From positions 1 through 30,249 of IMG/VR virus record IMGVR_UViG_3300037424_000503: a stretch of DNA of 30,249 nt; one strand, given 5' to 3'. The notes under the pieces were generated by a model. It was not told the origin of the DNA, did not search any database, and saw only the letters and a program-made list of their open reading frames with translations. This DNA comes from a virus (Duplodnaviria; Caudoviricetes). Position 1 is the stretch's first letter; every line of letters begins with the position of its first letter. Made by a program: the position numbers and the translations under genes. Below, piece after piece: positions 24,480 to 30,249 of this stretch.

Positions 24480-25011
24480 CTTTTGGTGTTTACAATTTGT
24501 AACATTATGTGTGGTGTTACTGACCGGACCAAAGGCATTAATGATAATTGGATGTGTTGGTAAAGATGCTGTTAAAGCAGAAGCAAGAATTGCAACCGTA
24601 GAAGGAAATCTAAATAGTTTAGAAAAAATTGTTGATGCAAAAGTAGATATACAACAACTAGATAAAATAGAACAAAATTTACTAAAATTAGATAAAACAG
24701 TTAATAATTCTGGCGTTATTAAATATAGTGGTGCCGGTTGGGTTGTTATAGGCATGAGTGTTATGGCCCTAATGTTCATGATAGTAATAACTGGACTAAT
24801 AAAATTCTATCTAAAATCAAGAGATAGAACTAATCTCCTCTCTTTGGTTACAAAAGCTATAAGTAAAGTTGACTCAAATACACAAACAAAAATAAAGGAA
24901 ATGATAGAACACGAAACATCGAATGGTGGTCCCTTTGATGTCAAGCACAAAAAAATGTTATCGGACTTTACTCATCGAAATGGCACATTCATAAAAAACA
25001 AAAAAACGTAA
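24463..25011 (+). CDS. membrane protein (hydrophobic N-terminus, coiled coil, second TM)
   Basis: Track ORF 24442; ATG 24463; TM segment GWVVIGMSVMALMFMIVITGLI. Confidence 0.65.
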   Translation: MQKNLNFWCLQFVTLCVVLLTGPKALMIIGCVGKDAVKAEARIATVEGNLNSLEKIVDAKVDIQQLDKIEQNLLKLDKTVNNSGVIKYSGAGWVVIGMSVMALMFMIVITGLIKFYLKSRDRTNLLSLVTKAISKVDSNTQTKIKEMIEHETSNGGPFDVKHKKMLSDFTHRNGTFIKNKKT

Positions 25012-25015
25012 ATCG

Positions 25016-25031
25016 GGTATAATCTAATATG
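25016..25031 (+). promoter_or_regulatory. putative leaderless promoter GGTATAAT-N5-ATG
   Basis: GGTATAATCTAATATG; 15/16 identical to 16681-16696. Confidence 0.55.
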
Positions 25032-25211
25032 GCACAATTTATTGAATATAATCCGAATTGCAAATATTGTAAAGGTACTGGAATAGTACAATTAGCTACT
25101 TCTAGTAAACCTTGTTTAGATTGCAAAAAAGAAATTTTTTATACCGATAAGACAACTGATGATATTGATAATTTGATTATAATGGATCAAGATTTTGGAC
25201 AAAGTATATGA
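25029..25211 (+). CDS. small zinc-finger protein (CxxCxGxG)
   Basis: CKYCKGTG...CLDC. Confidence 0.65.
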   Translation: MAQFIEYNPNCKYCKGTGIVQLATSSKPCLDCKKEIFYTDKTTDDIDNLIIMDQDFGQSI

Positions 25212-25537
25212 TAAATTTTACAAACGACAATAATAAGGAACGTGAATTTCTTGGGCTAAAGGATTATCCCATTAAAAGTATTTGCTGCAAAACGTGTAGT
25301 ATCAATCTTGTAGATTTTCAGATAACAAAATCTAATGAGGATCTTGTTGAAGAAAACTTAAATCCAATAACTACAAACATATCAATAATATGCAATGAAT
25401 GCAATTATAAAGAAACAATAAAAATAAGGGGTCAATTTTATGTTGGTGCGGGACAAGAAAATGTTGCGATAGATATAATAGAGAGTGTTGATTATTCTGA
25501 TAAATCGAGTTTAATAATTTTGGCCAAGTTGAAATAA
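25208..25537 (+). CDS. hypothetical protein with two CxxC motifs
   Basis: CKTC...CNEC; ATGA-coupled start. Confidence 0.65.
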   Translation: MINFTNDNNKEREFLGLKDYPIKSICCKTCSINLVDFQITKSNEDLVEENLNPITTNISIICNECNYKETIKIRGQFYVGAGQENVAIDIIESVDYSDKSSLIILAKLK

Positions 25538-25538
25538 A

Positions 25539-25850
25539 ATGAAAAAATTGGATGTTAATATAGATATAAATGGAACTCCATTTAAAAATAATAAAAATTA
25601 TTCTAATGATAAATGGTTTGCACAAAAAATAGGAGACTCCCATTGGGTGATGGCGTCCACCGAGGGATTTCTTTTTAATCCATTGGATTTAAGCGATAAT
25701 ATCAATAAAATAGATAAGGAGAGAGGTAGACCTTTTTATTCTTTACAAAAATGTAATTATACTTGTTATAAATATTACGTAAATTTTCTTAGAAGTAAAC
25801 AAAGAACAAATTTAGTTTTGGCGGAAAGAAGCTTTAGAGAAAGATATTAA
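25539..25850 (+). CDS. hypothetical protein
   Basis: 103 aa, 1 nt gaps on both sides. Confidence 0.7.
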   Translation: MKKLDVNIDINGTPFKNNKNYSNDKWFAQKIGDSHWVMASTEGFLFNPLDLSDNINKIDKERGRPFYSLQKCNYTCYKYYVNFLRSKQRTNLVLAERSFRERY

Positions 25851-25851
25851 A

Positions 25852-26271
25852 ATGAAGAAACAAGATTTAATTTCGTTAAATAAACAAGAAGATATGATGG
25901 GATTATATTTTATTGCAAAATTATCTAATGGCGAGACAGTATATCAAGATAATAGGAAGAATGATAGACACGCATGGCTTAGACTTAATGATTTTTTAAA
26001 AGCTAATCCAGAATTAAAAATTATTTCTTTAGAAATTATTAAGAAAAATGGGAAAATGTATAAAAGTCCAGAAAATCAAAGTGGATATTGTTTTGGCCTT
26101 AAAAAGACTAAAGTATATCTTGCTCCGGGTGGTGAAATGGATTCTGTTTGTTATGGTCACTATGATGGAGAATTTTGTTATATCACTTGGTTAAATAGTA
26201 ATGGCAAAGTTGTTTCACGAGAAAAAAGAACAAAACAGGGGGCAGGATTTTTCCTAATTTGTAATGAATAA
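25852..26271 (+). CDS. hypothetical protein
   Basis: 139 aa; LSNGETVYQD...AWLRL. Confidence 0.7.
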   Translation: MKKQDLISLNKQEDMMGLYFIAKLSNGETVYQDNRKNDRHAWLRLNDFLKANPELKIISLEIIKKNGKMYKSPENQSGYCFGLKKTKVYLAPGGEMDSVCYGHYDGEFCYITWLNSNGKVVSREKRTKQGAGFFLICNE

Positions 26272-26740
26272 AATATATAAATCGCCAACAACTCCCGGTC
26301 TCGATATAGATTTTAGAAATTACATTATTGAATTGGTATGTTTAAATTTGGACAAAAAATTAGGTCCGAAATTTTGGAAGAGTAATACATATTGGTCTAG
26401 TAAATACAAAAGAGAGATAAGAGGATTTTCTAACCTGATTTCTTCTTTTAATTCACCAGTAAATGAAGATATTAAAGTAAATTTATTGGAACAACCATTA
26501 GCCAAAAAGATACTAATTCAAATAATCAAAAAAATGAATATAAAATCTCTTTCTGCAAAAAAGACTATCGATAGAATAGTTTTGAACACAAAAAAAATTT
26601 ATATGAGTGAAATATTAGAAAGATATAATGAAAAAGAATCAGAAGAAATTAAAATAGATATGAATAAAAATTCTAAATTTATAGATGTAGTAAAAAAGAA
26701 TAAAAGATCTTCAATAAGGCAGATAGAAAATAATGGCTAA
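26264..26740 (+). CDS. hypothetical protein upstream of recA
   Basis: 158 aa; YIIELVC...PKFW...W..KYKREI; overlaps the recA start. Confidence 0.7.
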   Translation: MNKIYKSPTTPGLDIDFRNYIIELVCLNLDKKLGPKFWKSNTYWSSKYKREIRGFSNLISSFNSPVNEDIKVNLLEQPLAKKILIQIIKKMNIKSLSAKKTIDRIVLNTKKIYMSEILERYNEKESEEIKIDMNKNSKFIDVVKKNKRSSIRQIENNG

Positions 26741-27767
26741 AAAGAAAAATATAGAGAACGAAAGTTTCGGAGAATTCATAGATAGACAATATGGTAAAGG
26801 GGTTCTTATTTCGGGAAATGATATAGTAGAAAGAAAGAGAGAAGTTTTACCAACAATACTTTCTTTGGATCTAGCATTATCTGGTGGAATGCCATTTGGA
26901 ATAACTGCATTAATTTCTGGTAAACCCAAAGTTGGAAAAACGTCTATATGTCTTCAAATATTAAAAAATGCAATTGATCATAATAAGCCAGCATATTATT
27001 TTGATATAGAAAGAAGATGTTCTAAATCTTTGTTAAATACTATACAGGGATTAGATCCATTAAAAATTAACATAATAAAATCAACAGAAGAAAAAAATCT
27101 TAATGCTGAAGATTATCTTAATATTCTTGAAAGAACTATAAAAGATAATAAAAATGCCGTAATAGTAGTCGATTCTTTAGCTATGTTAAGCACAATGGCA
27201 GAACAAGCAGAAGTAATCGGATCGAATAAAGACATGAGCGGTCCTCCAAAATTGTTATCTGCTTTTTTTAGAAGAACACAACAAGTTATAGATAATAATA
27301 ATATAATATTAATATTTATATCTCAATTAATAACCAATAGAGATCCTAATGGTAAAAAATATATTGAAAAAGGTGGAATGGGAATACAATACGCAACAAG
27401 CGTTTGGCTAAATTGTACTTGGGCCAAAATTTGGGAAAAAGATCCTAATACTAATGCTCCATTGGGGCAGGACGTACAAATACAGGTTGTGTGTTCCGCA
27501 TTGGGTCCACCATTCTTGCCCTGTAGCGTTCCAATTAGATATGGAAGTGGTCCAGATATAGTAAAGGATGTTGTTATAAATGCAGAAAATGTTGGATTGA
27601 TACAAAGGGCTGGCGCTTGGTATTCTTTGCCTATGTTCAAAGACGAAAAAGATGAGCCAATTAAACTTCAAGGTATTGATAAAATTTGTGAATATTTAAA
27701 TCTAAATAAAGATAAATTAGAACAGCTAGATAAAAATATAAGGGAAATGTTAATCCCTAAAATATAA
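26733..27767 (+). CDS. recA: RecA/UvsX-like recombinase
   Basis: PT..SLDLALSGGMP.G, Walker A GKPKVGKTS, Walker B VIVVDS, FISQ, GG..I.Y, GLIQRAGAWY. Confidence 0.92.
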   Translation: MAKKKNIENESFGEFIDRQYGKGVLISGNDIVERKREVLPTILSLDLALSGGMPFGITALISGKPKVGKTSICLQILKNAIDHNKPAYYFDIERRCSKSLLNTIQGLDPLKINIIKSTEEKNLNAEDYLNILERTIKDNKNAVIVVDSLAMLSTMAEQAEVIGSNKDMSGPPKLLSAFFRRTQQVIDNNNIILIFISQLITNRDPNGKKYIEKGGMGIQYATSVWLNCTWAKIWEKDPNTNAPLGQDVQIQVVCSALGPPFLPCSVPIRYGSGPDIVKDVVINAENVGLIQRAGAWYSLPMFKDEKDEPIKLQGIDKICEYLNLNKDKLEQLDKNIREMLIPKI

Positions 27768-28126
27768 TGAAAATAGAACTATTGAATGGATTATATGAAG
27801 ATATAAATCTCAAAAAGTACATGATAAAGAAGGATGGATATTGTAAATCAAAATTTCAGGAAGAAATTAGAAATCAATTAATAAAAAAATATCCGAATGA
27901 TACAATATGTGAAGAGGTTTATATAAAGGGGGAAAATTTTTTCCTAGACTTTTTTATTCCTTCTCTTGGGCTTGTTGTAGAGGCTAATGGAGACCAACAT
28001 AAAAAACATATAAAATTTTTCCATAAAACAAAAAGAGAATTTAATGAACAACTTGACAAAGATCAGCGTAAAAGAAATTGGTGCGTATTGAATAATTTTA
28101 AGATAATAGAGATTTACAATGAATAA
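27767..28126 (+). CDS. DUF559/Vsr-like endonuclease
   Basis: SKFQ...EE...LDFFIP...VEANGDQH...FFH...D..KR.WC..N. Confidence 0.8.
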   Translation: MKIELLNGLYEDINLKKYMIKKDGYCKSKFQEEIRNQLIKKYPNDTICEEVYIKGENFFLDFFIPSLGLVVEANGDQHKKHIKFFHKTKREFNEQLDKDQRKRNWCVLNNFKIIEIYNE

Positions 28127-28535
28127 TTTTAAGGCAGAATATAAGAAATATAACGACGAACTTTTGCAATGGGAAAAATCTATTTGTATTCCCAATAAGG
28201 AACCAGATAGAAATAGGGTAGAAGAAATATTATCATATACCGTAGAACAAATAAGAGAACAGGAAACAATGATATTGGCAGAACATGCTTTTACAATATC
28301 TCAATATCTAATATTTCTTCAAAAGAAAAGCAATGAATGCGATACATATTTAAAATGGATAAAAAATAACAATTCTAAATTTTTTGGAGACGATAAAGCA
28401 ATGGCTGGTAGAATGGCAAACAAAGTAGAATTAAGACAATCAAGAATAGCCTATTTGTCACGAAGAATAGAGTTTTATTGTCAAGCCATACAAAATATAA
28501 TTAGACAGCGTAACATGGAGTATAAAAATGGCTAA
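28119..28535 (+). CDS. helical hypothetical protein
   Basis: 138 aa, amphipathic helical pattern, lies between recA and dnaB. Confidence 0.7.
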   Translation: MNNFKAEYKKYNDELLQWEKSICIPNKEPDRNRVEEILSYTVEQIREQETMILAEHAFTISQYLIFLQKKSNECDTYLKWIKNNNSKFFGDDKAMAGRMANKVELRQSRIAYLSRRIEFYCQAIQNIIRQRNMEYKNG

Positions 28536-29079
28536 TGCTATAGAGAAAATAAAATTGGGCTTATGTAATCAAGATTTATTTGAAATATCTGAAGGATATG
28601 AATTATTAACTGGTGAAAAAATAGAAATTAAAAAAAATAATGAGATAGTAACCAAAGAACAAATCTTATCAACAATAGAATTTTTATACGAGGTTTATAA
28701 AAATTATCACGGACATATATTAGTCCCCGCAATAAAAGAATTAGAAAAAAGAAAATCAAAAAAAGAAAAATCAATTCCCAAACCACCACCGGCCCCAGAA
28801 AATGAAACGACAACAAAAGGGGAACCAATTCCTTCTCAGTCTAATAAAACAAGTATTTTTGGCAATAAGACTAATTTTATAACAGAAGAAGTTTCTAATG
28901 AAGAAATAGAAAAAATAAGAAAAAAGTGCAAGTTAAAAGAAAGAAGACCCCCAACAGAAATATTTACCAGAACTTGTTCGTCTTGCAACCATACCTTTAA
29001 AAGTTATATGCCAGAATCTGATGATATAGGCCAAAAATGTGATAATTGTATAAAAGATGCAATCAAAAATGCAAAATAA
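28528..29079 (+). CDS. hypothetical protein with Pro-rich linker and C-terminal zinc ribbon
   Basis: PKPPPAP linker; CSSC...CDNC. Confidence 0.7.
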   Translation: MANAIEKIKLGLCNQDLFEISEGYELLTGEKIEIKKNNEIVTKEQILSTIEFLYEVYKNYHGHILVPAIKELEKRKSKKEKSIPKPPPAPENETTTKGEPIPSQSNKTSIFGNKTNFITEEVSNEEIEKIRKKCKLKERRPPTEIFTRTCSSCNHTFKSYMPESDDIGQKCDNCIKDAIKNAK

Positions 29080-30249
29080 AAGCCCATTAAGTGATGCTGG
29101 ACTAGAAAGATCTGTCTTATCTGGTATATTGAATAATGGATCTAATCTTTTTATAGACATAGAAGATATATTGGAGACTAAGGATTTTCATTATACCATA
29201 AATCAAAAAATATTTTCTATAATTAAGCATTTGGTTCATGAAAAAGATATTGAAAAATTTGACGTTCCCACTATTTTAGCCGGAGCTAAATTTATTGATT
29301 GCGATAAGTTTAGCACAGACGATAAGGCGTCTGAATATTTGGAAGCCTTATTTGATGGTTCTCCGACAGAGGAAAATACTAAATCTATAGCTATTTGTAT
29401 ATATAAATTGTCTTTAGCAAGACAAGCCAACAAATGTATATCAGAAATATCTAATGATTTAAACAATATTAATGGAAGCGAAAAAATAGATGACATAATT
29501 AAAAAAATAGAAGAACCAATATTTTTGTTTACAAGTAAATTGGGTCAAAATAATAACGATTTAGTTGACATACATGAAAATTTAGTTGAAAGATTGCAAC
29601 AAGTATCAAAAGAACCAAAAGATATTGTTGGTTTACCAACCGGATTTCCTAATTGGGATAACTGTATTGGTGGTGGATTAAGAAGAGGAACAGTTAATGT
29701 TATTGGGGCGAGAGCAAAAGTTGGCAAAAGCCATTTATGTTTAAACGTCGCAAAAAATATAGGCGAATTGAATATTCCAGTTCTTTATTTGGATACAGAA
29801 ATGAATCAGGCAGAACAACAAGATAGACTTACTTCTCTTGTTTCTGGTGTTGATTTTAATCTTATAGAAACTGGAAAATTTTCTATTATGGAAGAAGAAA
29901 ATAAAGCGGTTTGGGGATGTGTGGAAAATGTTAAAAAAATGCCAATAATTCACACTAATATAGCGGGATTTTCAATAGAACAAGTATTATCATTGACTAG
30001 AAAATGGTTATTAAAAAATGTTGGTTTAGATGATGGCGGATTAGCGAAACCATGTCTCGTAATTTATGATTATCTTAAATTAATGAATTCGGATGATCTT
30101 AAAGGAAATATGCAAGAAACACAACTATTGGGTTTTTTAATAACGGCGTTGCATAATTTTGCGGTTAAATATGGAATTCCAATTTTGGCAACCGTTCAAT
30201 TGAATAGAGATGGAGTAGAAAAAGAAGGACCTGAAGTAATATCTGGATC
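29069..30249 (+). CDS. dnaB: DnaB-like replicative helicase (3'-truncated, absent from track)
   Basis: Hand translation from ATG 29069: MQNKSPLSDAGLERSVLSGIL...GLPTGFPNWD..IGGGLRRG...GARAKVGKS (Walker A)...YLDTEM...IYDYLKL...VQLNRDG; runs off the window end. Confidence 0.92.
   Translation, partial: MQNKSPLSDAGLERSVLSGILNNGSNLFIDIEDILETKDFHYTINQKIFSIIKHLVHEKDIEKFDVPTILAGAKFIDCDKFSTDDKASEYLEALFDGSPTEENTKSIAICIYKLSLARQANKCISEISNDLNNINGSEKIDDIIKKIEEPIFLFTSKLGQNNNDLVDIHENLVERLQQVSKEPKDIVGLPTGFPNWDNCIGGGLRRGTVNVIGARAKVGKSHLCLNVAKNIGELNIPVLYLDTEMNQAEQQDRLTSLVSGVDFNLIETGKFSIMEEENKAVWGCVENVKKMPIIHTNIAGFSIEQVLSLTRKWLLKNVGLDDGGLAKPCLVIYDYLKLMNSDDLKGNMQETQLLGFLITALHNFAVKYGIPILATVQLNRDGVEKEGPEVISG

Noticed and set aside
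74-29953. All minus-strand ORFs in the track (e.g. 10479-10847, 14125-14544, 15521-15886, 23599-23964, 29236-29496)
   Set aside because: They lie antisense to well-supported + strand genes, lack motifs, and have the Phe/Ile/Ser-rich composition expected of shadow frames.
13667-30249. Introns or inteins in thyX, nrdJ, recA or dnaB
   Set aside because: All are continuous and of normal or compact length within the window; the HNH genes lie between genes, not inside them.
1-30249. Stop-codon reassignment as seen in some large phages
   Set aside because: Long conserved genes are intact in the standard code, and TAA, TAG and TGA all end genes at coupled junctions.

Overview
AT-rich (about 30% GC by eye), densely packed window in which every credible gene is on the + strand, many with overlapping or abutting stop/start codons and few Shine-Dalgarno sites. 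It reads as part of a large dsDNA bacteriophage genome in the standard genetic code. The left part (1 to about 13 kb) is an accessory region of many small ORFs. It also holds a 5'-truncated metallophosphoesterase/T4-Rnl1-type RNA ligase fusion, a DUF559/Vsr-like nuclease, an orphan protease-less BrxL-like ATPase with an atypical P-loop, a Dam-like methyltransferase, a NADAR-like protein, a HAD nucleotidase and a second (DRB0094-type) RNA ligase. The right part is a nucleotide-metabolism and replication module: thyX, sigma factor, serine protease, dCMP deaminase, class II ribonucleotide reductase, metallophosphoesterase, glycosyltransferase, SLOG protein, Cas4-like nuclease, RNase H, RecA and a 3'-truncated DnaB, with three free-standing HNH endonucleases interspersed. 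The only long non-coding gap (3892-4260) contains a promoter-like motif, a multi-stem structure with recurring CAAAA loops, and a G-rich repeat tract (candidate ncRNA and/or origin). All family calls come from motif recognition by eye; no searches or folding programs were run.
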